Shown in pieces: positions 18,904-30,461 of a stretch of 64,000 nt of DNA. The notes under the pieces were generated by a model, which worked only from the letters and a program-made list of their open reading frames with translations, was not told the origin of the DNA and searched no databases. A program made the translations under genes and the position numbers. The number at the start of each line of letters is the position of its first letter. The first letter of the stretch is position 1. Where the stretch lies: positions 3,264,001-3,328,000 of the forward strand of contig CAVOFT010000001.1 in NCBI GenBank assembly GCA_963695095.1, read 5' to 3'. This DNA is from an uncultured bacterium. Its GTDB lineage: Bacteria > Krumholzibacteriota > Krumholzibacteriia > JACNKJ01.

Positions 18904-20673
18904 ATGAAATTCCCTCGGCAATTCCGAACGCTCGCCCCTCGCCTGCTCCTGCTGCTGGCCGGAACGGCCCTCGCCCTGCCTGCTCTGGGCGCCGAGATGG
19001 GCGTTGGTTGCGGCGCGCCTGGGCAGGGCGGCTGGATCCGCATGTCGATCACGATCGCGCGACCCACTCTCCCCGATGGCACCCAGGTCACGGAGACCGC
19101 CATCATCGAGATGCAGATCACCGGCCCCCCCGACTGGACCGCTGAGGACAAGGCCGAGATCTTTCGCCTCAGCCTGCCGCCCGAGTTCGAGGGCAAGATC
19201 AAGCTCAGCGGTGAAGGCACGGAGGTCTGGGCCACCGGCCTGAACGGCTGGCGGGTCGCGTCGATGAGCATCTTCGGCGACGAGACCAACGAGCCCGACG
19301 CCAATCTCTCCTACGTGACACCGACGGATGAACTCGCCCTCTGCTCGCTGAGCGGCGTCGCGAGCGGTCTGAACGCCACCGGCGCGCCCGGCCGTTTCGC
19401 GCTCAACGCGGGCGGCCATGCCGTGATGGTGCCGACCGCGCCCGGCATGCCGGCCCAGATCGTCGAGCAGCAGGTATTCTCGCAGCTCATGGCGCAGGGC
19501 GCCGTGGTTCGCTTTGCGTCGCTCGCGGACCTCGGGTTGCTGGGCGCGGTGCCGACCGACGGCTCGGTGCTGGTCATCGAAGGACTCGACGCCACCGGAC
19601 TCGCGCAGCAGCTCTCCGACACGGGGCTCAGCGTCGACGTCGCGGGGCTGGCCAGCCCGCCGCTGCCGCCCGCGGATCCCGCCGCCACGATTCCAGGCAC
19701 CGAGCCCGACGGCAGCTTCGTGGCCTTCGGTACCGGCAGCCTGCCGCCCCTGCCCGCCGACTTCTTCTATCCCGGCTCGGACCCCTTCTACGGCACCGTG
19801 TACTCTGCCGGGGAACCCATCGATCCGACGCTCCTGGGCGACGCCTCGACAATGATCCAGCGGCACGGCGGCTTCATGGATCCGGGCGCGCCGCTCGGCA
19901 CCGTGGCGGAGATCCCGATCGAGATCCTCGCCCTGCACCTGGTCTCCTGCCAGCCGATCACGGTGACCTACAACGGCGGCACGCAGCCGGAGCCCTGGAA
20001 CATCCGCGTCGGCCTATCCGTGAGCCAGCCCTCGGTGGGCACGCTCGAGGCGACGAAGACCCATCCCAACGGCGGCACCTTCAGTTCGACCTTCCTCGTG
20101 CAGCCGCGCTTCACCTTCACGCGCGTGAGCGACCAGCTGCAGGTGGAGCTGGACGCCGGCCTGCCGCCGCTGGCCTTCACGGCGACCGATGGGCACTGGG
20201 TCCATGCGTTGAACCCCGACCTCGAGCTCATTGCCTTCGCGGACGGGTCCTTCGTGCCGGGCGTCGAGGAAGTCGTACCGGGCGATCCACTCTCGCAGCA
20301 GCCGCGGCGCTTGCACGCCCATGAGGCCAGCGGCGCCGCGCAGCACACCGGCTTCCCAGCGCAGCGACAGCCCACGGCCGTGCCGGCCGCGCCGGGTGGC
20401 AACTTCTGGGTGCGCAGCTTCCCGAATCCGGGCAATCCCAGCCTGCGGATCGCCTACGCGATGCCCGCGCGGGGAGCGATCGCGATTGCCATCTACGACC
20501 TGCGGGGCGAGCGCGTCAGGACGCTCGTTGGCGGGGTCGTCGACGCGGGCGCGAACTCGGTGGTCTGGGACGGCAGGGATGACCGCGGGGTGCGGACAGC
20601 GTCGGGCATCTACCTGTGCCGAATTGAAGCGCTGGGCCGCTCGGCCAGCACGAAGCTCGCTCTGCTGAAGTAG
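18904..20673 (+). CDS. Secreted multidomain protein with C-terminal FlgD-Ig/T9SS-like domain
   Basis: GGAGG RBS; signal peptide; FPNPGNP...IYDLRGE.VR.L...WDGRDD.G...SGIY...LALLK. Confidence 0.85.
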   Translation: MKFPRQFRTLAPRLLLLLAGTALALPALGAEMGVGCGAPGQGGWIRMSITIARPTLPDGTQVTETAIIEMQITGPPDWTAEDKAEIFRLSLPPEFEGKIKLSGEGTEVWATGLNGWRVASMSIFGDETNEPDANLSYVTPTDELALCSLSGVASGLNATGAPGRFALNAGGHAVMVPTAPGMPAQIVEQQVFSQLMAQGAVVRFASLADLGLLGAVPTDGSVLVIEGLDATGLAQQLSDTGLSVDVAGLASPPLPPADPAATIPGTEPDGSFVAFGTGSLPPLPADFFYPGSDPFYGTVYSAGEPIDPTLLGDASTMIQRHGGFMDPGAPLGTVAEIPIEILALHLVSCQPITVTYNGGTQPEPWNIRVGLSVSQPSVGTLEATKTHPNGGTFSSTFLVQPRFTFTRVSDQLQVELDAGLPPLAFTATDGHWVHALNPDLELIAFADGSFVPGVEEVVPGDPLSQQPRRLHAHEASGAAQHTGFPAQRQPTAVPAAPGGNFWVRSFPNPGNPSLRIAYAMPARGAIAIAIYDLRGERVRTLVGGVVDAGANSVVWDGRDDRGVRTASGIYLCRIEALGRSASTKLALLK

Positions 20674-20734
20674 GCGCGCTAGCTCGCTGTGGTCCGAGTC
20701 GCGCGTCTGTCTCCGCTCTGATCGCAAGCGAGCC

Positions 20735-20778
20735 TCGCTCCGGGTCGCGGGCGTTGTTTCGCCCGCGAGAGGAGCGAA
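20735..20778. terminator. Stem-loop between convergent genes
   Basis: TCGCTCC..CGCGGGCG-loop-CGCCCGCG..GGAGCGA. Confidence 0.45.
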
Positions 20779-20785
20779 GTGAGCG

Positions 20786-21025
20786 TCAGAACACGTTCTC
20801 GACGCGGGTGATCTCGGGCACCTGCTGCTTGAGCGTGGCCTCGATGCCTGCGCGCAGGGTCATCGTGCTGGCCGGGCAGCCGTGGCAGGCCCCCACCAGG
20901 CGCACGAGCACCACGCCGTCCTCGGTGACGTCCACGAGGTCCACGTTGCCGCCGTCCATGATCAGGGCCGGCCGGATGATGTCCAGGGCCGCCTCGACAC
21001 GATCGTTCAGGGTCGCTTCCGTCAT
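20786..21025 (-). CDS. NifU-family (Nfu) Fe-S carrier
   Basis: IRPAL.MDGGNV and GACHGCPAS motifs. Confidence 0.95.
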   Translation of the reverse strand: MTEATLNDRVEAALDIIRPALIMDGGNVDLVDVTEDGVVLVRLVGACHGCPASTMTLRAGIEATLKQQVPEITRVENVF

Positions 21026-21101
21026 TGGGTCCTCGCTTGCGGGCCGAGCCCTCTCGGCCGGGTGCTGGCCGGGCAGGCCCGGCGTGTACTGCCAGTCGCG
21101 C

Positions 21102-22316
21102 TCAGGCGCGCTGAACCGCCGGCAACTTGGCCAGCGCTTGCTCCAGGTCGGCCAGGATCTCGCCGCAATCCTCGATGCCCACGCTCAGGCGCACGAGGCC
21201 GTCGGTGATGCCGGCCTGACGCCTGAGTTCGGGCTTCATGCCCGCATGGGTCATGCTCGCCGGATGCTGGATCAGGGTCTCCACCCCGCCCAGGCTCACG
21301 GCGAGCGCGGCCAGTTCGACGCCCTCCATCAGCGCGCGGCCGGCCTCGAGGCCGCCCTTCAGCTCGAAGCTGAGCACGCCGCCGGGCCCGGTGGTCTGCT
21401 TCCGGCTGAGCGCATGGCCGGGGTCCGAGGGCAGGCCCGGGAAGCGCACCCAGTCCACGGCAGCATGCCCTTCCAGGAACTCGGCGATCGTCTGCGCGCT
21501 CGCGCAGTGGCGGGCCATGCGCAGGGCCAGGGTCTTGAGGCCGCGGTGCACGAGGAAGGCGTCATGCGGCGGCAGCGTGCCGCCGGCCAGGTTGAGCGTG
21601 GGCCGGAGCTGCTTCCAGTCGGCCTCGCTCTTGGGCACGATGACCCCGCCCACCACGTCGGCGTGGCCGTTGAGGAACTTCGTCAGGCTATGCATGACGA
21701 CGTCTGCCCCCAGCGCCAGCGGCTGCTGCAGGAGCGGCGTCAGGAAGGTGTTGTCCACCGTGAGCCGCGCGCCGACGGCGTGGGCCAGCTCGGCGGCGGC
21801 GGCCAGGTCCGTCACGCAGAGCATGGGGTTGCCCGGCGTCTCGATGTGGACGATGGCAGTCGTCGGCCGGATCGCGGCCTTCAGCGCCGCCAGGTCCGCG
21901 CTGTCGACGAAGGTGGTCTCCACGCCCAGGCGCGCGAAGAGGCCGTTCAGGAGGCTGGTCACGGGGCCGTAGACGGACTCGCTGCAGACCACGTGGTCGC
22001 CCGCCTTGAGGAAGGCGGCGAAGGTGGTGTGGATGGCCGCCATGCCGCTCGCGCAGGCCAGCCCCATGTAGCCGCCCTCGAGCTCGGCGAGGGCCCGCTC
22101 CAGCGCCTGCACGGTGGGGTTGCCCAGCCGCGTGTAGATGTGCCCCTCGCCCCGGTCAGCGCCGCCCGCGAAGAGGGCCGCCCCCTGGGCCACGCTGTCG
22201 AACTTGAAGGTGGATGTCTGGTAGATGGGCGGCACCACCGCCCGGTGCTCGTTCTCGCCCACCCCGGCGTGCACGCAGAGGGTGTCGGGCGAATGGCGCT
22301 TCGCGCTCTTGCTCAT
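21102..22316 (-). CDS. Cys/Met metabolism PLP-dependent lyase (methionine/cystathionine gamma-lyase-like)
   Basis: PPIYQTSTF, YTRLGNPT, HSLTKFLNGH (PLP Lys), AVSLGG and RLSVGIED. Confidence 0.93.
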   Translation of the reverse strand: MSKSAKRHSPDTLCVHAGVGENEHRAVVPPIYQTSTFKFDSVAQGAALFAGGADRGEGHIYTRLGNPTVQALERALAELEGGYMGLACASGMAAIHTTFAAFLKAGDHVVCSESVYGPVTSLLNGLFARLGVETTFVDSADLAALKAAIRPTTAIVHIETPGNPMLCVTDLAAAAELAHAVGARLTVDNTFLTPLLQQPLALGADVVMHSLTKFLNGHADVVGGVIVPKSEADWKQLRPTLNLAGGTLPPHDAFLVHRGLKTLALRMARHCASAQTIAEFLEGHAAVDWVRFPGLPSDPGHALSRKQTTGPGGVLSFELKGGLEAGRALMEGVELAALAVSLGGVETLIQHPASMTHAGMKPELRRQAGITDGLVRLSVGIEDCGEILADLEQALAKLPAVQRA

Positions 22317-22411
22317 GGGGGCTCCTCTTCGTCGGCGCGGCGAGCGGGTTCCTGAGAAGGCACTCTCAAAATAGTCCCGCCGGCCCTGCTTGTCACGCCC
22401 GCGCGGGCGCC

Positions 22412-22621
22412 TCAGGGGCCTTTGCTGCCGAGGCGGGCCTGGCCCAGCAATTCCCGAGCGCGATCCACCACGAAGGCATGCACCTCGAAGGTCGCCGCGA
22501 CGGCGTCGAGGGAACCCTTGAGCAGGAATTCCTGCCCGAGGGGATGGGCTTCGGCCCGATGGATGAGGCTGCGCACGGCTTGCTCGCTGGGCTCGAAAGC
22601 GCCTGGGCTGGCCTTGGGCAT
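22412..22621 (-). CDS. 69-aa hypothetical protein
   Basis: AGGAGGT RBS before ATG 22621; GC3-rich codons; TTGACA upstream. Confidence 0.7.
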   Translation of the reverse strand: MPKASPGAFEPSEQAVRSLIHRAEAHPLGQEFLLKGSLDAVAATFEVHAFVVDRARELLGQARLGSKGP

Positions 22622-22881
22622 GGGCAGGGACCTCCTGGGCAGGAGAATGCGGCACGAGGCGGGCGCCTTACCCTCGACCTCATCCCATACGGCTCTGCCG
22701 GTGCGCCTGTCAAGCGGGGAGGGCTGCCCAGGCGGGCCCTTGGCCCGCCCGAAGCAGAAGCCGCACATACCGATTTCCTTCAATTCGTAAGAGATTTCAC
22801 TCCTTGTGGCCCCTATTTCGGATATTCTCGTTTATGTCTGGATCGCCAGCAACCTCTCTCTTGCCTCGCATGGAGGTGCGC

Positions 22882-24456
22882 ATGGACTGGATCCGCCGGC
22901 TGTCATTGCTGAGCCTGTTGCTCTTCTACGCCGTTTTCCTGATGGGCGGACTCTGCAATTCCGATAGCGAGACCCCGACCGATCCGGGGAGCGAATGCGA
23001 AGCGTTCGAGCTCGCTCCCGACCTGACCCCGCCTCTCGTGCTGCTCTCCACGGGGGCAAACTGGCAGAGCGTCTGGGACATCGATGGGGAACCCGCTTAC
23101 AGCGTCTCCCTGGTCTCGGGCGCCCTGCCGCCGGGGCTGGGGGCCAGTATCGTGGGCGCTCAACTGAGTGTCATGGGGGCGATCAGCGAAGAAGGCTACT
23201 GGCAGTCTCGCTTGTGGATCTCGGATGACTGCCCCGATGGCAGCCAGGGCAAGAACCTGGATCTGAAGTTCCTGGCCATCGCTCCGGGCAACTGCCCGGC
23301 TATTACCTTGGCGGACTACGGCCCGCAGCTGCTCGCCCTCGACCACTTCATCACCGTCGAGCTCGACCTGGACGGTGGCTTCGGTGCCTACGAAGCCAGC
23401 CTGGTGTCCGGCTCCCTGCCGCCAGGCCTGACGCTCTTCGGGACCTTGCCCAATCTGCGCGGCACGCCGACGCTTGCGGGGACCTTCGACTTCAGGCTGC
23501 GCTTCGAGGACGACTGCCCGGACGCCAGTTCGGCTCGGCTATTCGACCTCAGCCTCGAGGTGTCCGCTGATCACTGCTATCCGCTGATTCCCGGGTCCTT
23601 GAACAAGACCGTCGGCGCTGTCGGCCACCGCTTCAGTAGCGCACTTCAAGTAACCGGTGGCAATCAACCTCTGAGTTATCAGATCGTCGATCCTGAGCAG
23701 CTGCCGCCCGGTCTCGCCCAGAGCGAGCAGACCCCTTCCTTCATCGCCGGCACGCCCACGACCAGCGGCGACTACAGCTTCACCATGCGCGCCAGCGATA
23801 GTTGCGAGCAGGGACCTCAAGCGGTCGAGGTGTTCTGCTCGATCAGCATCCTGCCCGGCGATGCGACTTGCGAGCCCCTGGCCGTCCTGGGCCTCGCCCC
23901 GAGCACGGTCATGGCTGGCGCGGACTACCTGGGCACCCTCGTAACCAGCGGCGGCACGGCCCCGCTCCGCGCCTTCTGGCGTGCCGAAGCGCTGCCCGCC
24001 GGTCTCTTCGTCGAGCATGATGCGCTCGAGATCACGGGGCGGCCGCTCTTTCCCGGCAGCTATACGATTACGGGCAGCCTGCTCGACGCCTGCCCCATCG
24101 GCGCCCAGAGTCTCCCCTACAGCGTGACGCTCACGGTGCTGGCGGCAGGCGCCGGGGAGTGCCTGCCCTTGCTCTACGACGATGCCGAGCTGCCCCTCGG
24201 CCTCCTGAATGTTCCCTACAGCACGACGCTGCAAGTCAGCGGCGGCGAAGCTCCCCTCGCCTGGACCCTGCTCGGGCTGAACGCGCCGGGGCTCAGCTTC
24301 AGCAACGGTAGCCTCAGCGGCACGCCTACCCAGACCGGTGACTTCACGCTGGACTGCTACGTCTACGACGCCTGCAGCCCCGAGCCCCAGGTCATCCACA
24401 TTCTCAAGCCCATTACCATCGGGTCGGGTCGCGTGGCCGCGGAAGGGACGCCCTAG
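22882..24456 (+). CDS. Putative Ig-domain (He_PIG-like) repeat surface lipoprotein
   Basis: About five repeats of G.LPPGL...GTPT..G.F.F...D.C; signal ending GGLC; GGAGG RBS. Confidence 0.85.
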   Translation: MDWIRRLSLLSLLLFYAVFLMGGLCNSDSETPTDPGSECEAFELAPDLTPPLVLLSTGANWQSVWDIDGEPAYSVSLVSGALPPGLGASIVGAQLSVMGAISEEGYWQSRLWISDDCPDGSQGKNLDLKFLAIAPGNCPAITLADYGPQLLALDHFITVELDLDGGFGAYEASLVSGSLPPGLTLFGTLPNLRGTPTLAGTFDFRLRFEDDCPDASSARLFDLSLEVSADHCYPLIPGSLNKTVGAVGHRFSSALQVTGGNQPLSYQIVDPEQLPPGLAQSEQTPSFIAGTPTTSGDYSFTMRASDSCEQGPQAVEVFCSISILPGDATCEPLAVLGLAPSTVMAGADYLGTLVTSGGTAPLRAFWRAEALPAGLFVEHDALEITGRPLFPGSYTITGSLLDACPIGAQSLPYSVTLTVLAAGAGECLPLLYDDAELPLGLLNVPYSTTLQVSGGEAPLAWTLLGLNAPGLSFSNGSLSGTPTQTGDFTLDCYVYDACSPEPQVIHILKPITIGSGRVAAEGTP

Positions 24457-24475
24457 TGGCTCCGGGCGCTGGCCT

Positions 24476-26395
<1,920 letters not shown>

Positions 26396-26474
26396 GGCCC
26401 TTTCCGATCGGCGCGGGGCCCGCGCCTCGCCGGCAGGCTAGCACCGGCCCCCGGCGGGCGCAAGAAGACGAGAA

Positions 26475-26500
26475 CGGGCGGCCTCTTTCGAGACCGCCCG
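26475..26500 (-). terminator. Probable intrinsic terminator after thioredoxin
   Basis: CGGGCGG.CTC-TTTC-GAG.CCGCCCG hairpin with pyrimidine-rich tail on the minus strand. Confidence 0.5.
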
Positions 26501-26550
26501 CCTCTTCCGCTTTCCTTTTGCAATCACAAGGGCTTAGAAGGCTGTGTCAG

Positions 26551-26877
26551 CTACAACACATGTTTTTCGATGCGATCCCTCAGGGTGAAGCGCGGTGGCA
26601 CGCCCGTGATCGTGTCCACCGGCCGCCCCTCCTGGAACACCAAGAGCGTCGGCACGCTCTGGATGTGATAGCGGATGGCGATCTGCCGGGCCTCATCCAC
26701 GTTCACCTTGACGAAGCGAACGCGACCGCCGAGGAGCTGATCGATCTCCACGAGGAGGGGCTCCATCGCCTTGCAAGGGGCGCACCAATCCGCCCAAAAA
26801 TCAACCAGGACAGGAACTTGCGAATCTCGGATGACACTGTCGAAGGTCTGGCTGCAGACGTCCTGGATGCCGGCCAT
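26551..26877 (-). CDS. trxA: Thioredoxin
   Basis: VLVDFWADWCAPCK and IQSVPTL; 108 aa. Confidence 0.93.
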   Translation of the reverse strand: MAGIQDVCSQTFDSVIRDSQVPVLVDFWADWCAPCKAMEPLLVEIDQLLGGRVRFVKVNVDEARQIAIRYHIQSVPTLLVFQEGRPVDTITGVPPRFTLRDRIEKHVL

Positions 26878-27270
26878 GGATGAAACCTCGCTGCGCTGGG
26901 GAAGGCGATCACGGCCGGACAATAGCCTCGCGCCCGCCGTACCTGGCAAGGGGATTTTCCAAGGAAAATTCTCCGGGGCTTCATCAGCAATGTCGCCGGA
27001 CAAGTTCATGGACGGGGCCGGCTTAGCAGGCGGTGATAAGCCCTTTCTGCTGCCTGTTTAGGTGTCGCGGCGGGTATTAGAAATATCACCCCGTCACGAT
27101 CGCCCGCTTGCCCGCCAATCCCCTGCCCGGGCAGCACTTGTCGGCAGGCCGCTGCCGTGATATATCTTCCGGAACTTCGCAAGGGACCTGGCGTAAGGGC
27201 CCACGCTTTGGACTTCATTCCAATCCTAGAAAACACAGTCACTTAACCGCTAGCAGGGGTAGGCGTCCGC

Positions 27271-28254
27271 ATGGAGAGCAACTACGACGTCGAGGTGCTG
27301 AACGAACGCGTCGAGCGCGAGAGCCGCTTCGTGCGGGCGATCAGCGAGGAGCTGGGCAAGGTCATCGTGGGCCAGCACTACCTGGTCGACCGCCTGCTCA
27401 TCGGACTCCTCTGCGGCGGCCATGTGCTGCTCGAGGGCCTGCCCGGCCTGGCCAAGACCCTGGCCGTGAGCAGCCTCGCCGGCACGATCCGGGCGCAGTT
27501 CAAGCGCATCCAGTTCACGCCGGATCTGCTGCCCGCCGACCTGCTCGGCACGCAGATCTTCGACCCCAAGAGCGGCGGCTTCTCCACTCGCAAGGGCCCG
27601 ATCTTCGCCAACCTCATCCTGGCCGACGAGATCAACCGCGCGCCGGCCAAGGTGCAGAGCGCGCTGCTCGAGGCGATGCAGGAGCACCAGGTCACCCTCG
27701 GCGCCGAGACCCACCCCCTGCCCGAGCCCTTCCTCGTGCTCGCCACGCAGAATCCCATCGAGCAGGAGGGCACCTACCCGCTGCCCGAAGCGCAGGTCGA
27801 CCGCTTCATGCTCAAGGTGAAGGTGACCTACCCGACGCGCGCCGAGGAGAAGGAGATCCTCGCCCGCATGGGCGGCCTCGATGTGCCCAGCGTCCAGCCC
27901 GTGATCGAGCTGGAGCGCATCTTCGCGGCGCGGCAGCTCGTGGCCGAGCTCTTCATGGACGAGAAGGTGAAGGACTACATCATCAACCTGGTCTTCGCCA
28001 CGCGCGAGCCCGAGCGCGAACTCAAGGATCTGATCGCCTACGGCGCCAGTCCGCGCGCGACGCTCTATCTGGCGCGGGCCGCGCGCGCCCACGCCTTCCT
28101 GCGCGGGCGCGGCTACGTCACGCCGGAGGACGTCAAGAAGGTGGGCCTGGACGTGCTGCGCCACCGCATCATCGTCAGCTACGAGGCGGAGGCCGAAAAC
28201 CTGGACAGCGACGCCATCATCAGCCGCCTCTTCGACAGCGTCGAGGTGCCCTAG
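27271..28254 (+). CDS. moxR: MoxR-family AAA+ ATPase
   Basis: GLPGLAKT, RIQFTPDLLPAD, DEINRAPAKVQSALLEAM, ATQNPIEQEGTYPLPEAQ. Confidence 0.97.
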   Translation: MESNYDVEVLNERVERESRFVRAISEELGKVIVGQHYLVDRLLIGLLCGGHVLLEGLPGLAKTLAVSSLAGTIRAQFKRIQFTPDLLPADLLGTQIFDPKSGGFSTRKGPIFANLILADEINRAPAKVQSALLEAMQEHQVTLGAETHPLPEPFLVLATQNPIEQEGTYPLPEAQVDRFMLKVKVTYPTRAEEKEILARMGGLDVPSVQPVIELERIFAARQLVAELFMDEKVKDYIINLVFATREPERELKDLIAYGASPRATLYLARAARAHAFLRGRGYVTPEDVKKVGLDVLRHRIIVSYEAEAENLDSDAIISRLFDSVEVP

Positions 28255-28259
28255 CCGCC

Positions 28260-30461
28260 ATGGCCGAGACCGAGCGCATTCCGCCCGAGATCCTGCGCAA
28301 GGTGCGCGCGATCGAGCTGTCCACTCGCCACCTGGTCGACGACTTCTTCGGCGGCGAGTACCACTCGGTCTTCAAGGGCACGGGCATGGAGTTCGACGAG
28401 GTGCGCGAGTACGCGCCCGGCGACGAGGTGCGCTCGATCGACTGGAACGTCACCGCGCGCATGGGCCGGCCTTTCATCAAGCGCTACCGCGAGGAGCGCG
28501 AGCTGACCGTGCTGCTGATGGTGGACGCCAGCGCCAGCGGCCTCTTCGGCAGCCGCACGCGCCTGAAGAGCGAGGTCATCGCCGAGGTGGCCAGCGTGCT
28601 CGCCTTCAGCGCCATCCGCAACCAGGACAAGGTGGGCTGCCTGATTTTCACCGATCGCGTGGAGATGTACATCCCCCCCGAGAAGGGCCACCGGCACGTC
28701 CTGCGCATCATCCGCGAGCTGCTCTACTTCAAGCCGGCGGGCAGCGGCACCGATCTGGCCGGGGCGCTCGAGACCGTGGGCCGCCTGCTCAAGCGCCGCG
28801 CGGTGATCTTCCTCGTGAGCGACTTCCTCGCCGAGAACTTCGAGACGCCCCTGCGCCTGGCGGCGCGCCGCCACGACCTGGTCGCCCTGAACATCCGCGA
28901 TCCGCTCGAGGCGAGCCTGCCCGACGTCGGCCTGCTGCAGGTCGCCGACGCCGAGACCGGCGAGCGCGTCTGGATCGATACCGGAGACCGCTGGGTGCGC
29001 CGGCATTTCAGCGAGGAGGCCGCTGCCGACAGCGCGCGGCTCAGTCAACTCTGCGCGCGCCACGGCGTGGATGAGATCCGACTGGACGCCAGCGAGGACT
29101 ACACGCGGCCCCTGGTGCAGTTCTTTCGGCGGCGGGCGAAGCGCCTGGCCAAGGGCTTCGGGCGCGCCGGCCGCGCCGGCGCCCGCGCCTGGCTGCCCCC
29201 TCTGCTGGCGGCTGCCCTGGCCTTCGGCAGCGTGGACGCGCTCGCCCAGCGGCCTACGGTGCCCCAGGCCCCACCCGGGCGGCCGGGCCCGCCCCCGGGG
29301 GCGGCGCCTGCCCAGATGGGCCCGGGCGCGGGCCCGCAAGGGCCCTCCTTCCCGGTCTTGCCCCGCGCCGCGCTCGAAGCGCTCGAGCTGCCCAGCCTCG
29401 CGGAGCTCACCGGCGGCGCCCGGCCCCGGCTCGACACCGTGCGCGCCGAGGGCATCGAGGTCCAGACGCGCCTGGCGCGCGACCTGCAGGCCGTCGGCGA
29501 GCGCAACGAGCTGCGCTGGCGCGTGCTGCTCGCCCCGGGCGCGCGCCTGGACAGCCTCGTCCTCGATCTGGGCGAGGCCCGTTCACTCCTGCCACTGCCG
29601 CCGCAGCTCGGCAACGCCGCCCTCGCCGAGGAACTCGCCAGCCGGCAGGCGGCGGGCGCCGCCATCGGCCTCGCCGACTTCCTCGCCGCCGACACCCTGC
29701 GCGGCGCCGGCGCCGACACGCTCGAGTACCGTCTCGCCTTCACCTGCGCGGTGCCGGACAGCTTCCTCATCCCCGCGCAGCTGCTGCGCTACCGCTTGGC
29801 GGGTGACACGGCGCCGCGCAGCCTGAACACGGCGCCCCTGGCGCTGGCCTGCCTGTCCACCTTGGCCAGCGGCCCTGACAGCAGCGCCCTGCGCGACTGG
29901 AAGGCGCCGGGCGTGCTGCGCGGCGACTGGCTGCGCCTCGCCGCGCGCTGGGGCCTGCCGATCGCCCTCCTGCTCTCCCTGCTGCTCTGGCTCCTCCTCT
30001 GGTATCGCCGCCGCCGGGCGGCGCGCCTGGCCCCGGCGGACCCGCCCGTGCCTGCCGATGAGGAGGCCCTCTCCGCGCTCGAGGCGCTGGCCCTGGCCGA
30101 CCTGCCCGCCCGCGGCGCCTTCGCCGACTACTACTTCGAGCTCTCGCGCATCCTGCGCCACTACCTGACGCGACGCTTCAGCCTGCCCTTCAGCGACTGG
30201 ACCCGCGAGGAGATCGAGAGCGCGCTGGCCGGCGGACCCGCCGGGCCGCGGCGCCTGTACCTGGACGCCGATCTGACGCAACCCCTGCTCGAGGATCTCG
30301 TGCGCGGCGATCTCGTCAAGTTCGCCCGCCGCGAGCCCACGCGCGCCGAATGCCTCGATTCGATGGCCGCCGCCCGCCGCCTGATCAAGGCGACCCGCCC
30401 GCTGGAGGAAGCGTCCGCGGCTGCCGCGCCCGCCGAGGCGCCCGGGGAGGCGGCGGCATGA
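28260..30461 (+). CDS. DUF58 (VWA-like) protein fused to an exported/membrane Bat-operon accessory domain
   Basis: G.EFDEVREY.PGD..R.IDWNVTAR and DASAS; ORF continues ~430 aa through a signal-like helix and a second TM. Confidence 0.88.
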   Translation: MAETERIPPEILRKVRAIELSTRHLVDDFFGGEYHSVFKGTGMEFDEVREYAPGDEVRSIDWNVTARMGRPFIKRYREERELTVLLMVDASASGLFGSRTRLKSEVIAEVASVLAFSAIRNQDKVGCLIFTDRVEMYIPPEKGHRHVLRIIRELLYFKPAGSGTDLAGALETVGRLLKRRAVIFLVSDFLAENFETPLRLAARRHDLVALNIRDPLEASLPDVGLLQVADAETGERVWIDTGDRWVRRHFSEEAAADSARLSQLCARHGVDEIRLDASEDYTRPLVQFFRRRAKRLAKGFGRAGRAGARAWLPPLLAAALAFGSVDALAQRPTVPQAPPGRPGPPPGAAPAQMGPGAGPQGPSFPVLPRAALEALELPSLAELTGGARPRLDTVRAEGIEVQTRLARDLQAVGERNELRWRVLLAPGARLDSLVLDLGEARSLLPLPPQLGNAALAEELASRQAAGAAIGLADFLAADTLRGAGADTLEYRLAFTCAVPDSFLIPAQLLRYRLAGDTAPRSLNTAPLALACLSTLASGPDSSALRDWKAPGVLRGDWLRLAARWGLPIALLLSLLLWLLLWYRRRRAARLAPADPPVPADEEALSALEALALADLPARGAFADYYFELSRILRHYLTRRFSLPFSDWTREEIESALAGGPAGPRRLYLDADLTQPLLEDLVRGDLVKFARREPTRAECLDSMAAARRLIKATRPLEEASAAAAPAEAPGEAAA

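Noticed and set aside
22317..22800. SAM riboswitch upstream of the Cys/Met lyase
   Set aside because: No SAM-I or SAM-II core motifs recognised; the space holds a small ORF and promoter-like elements
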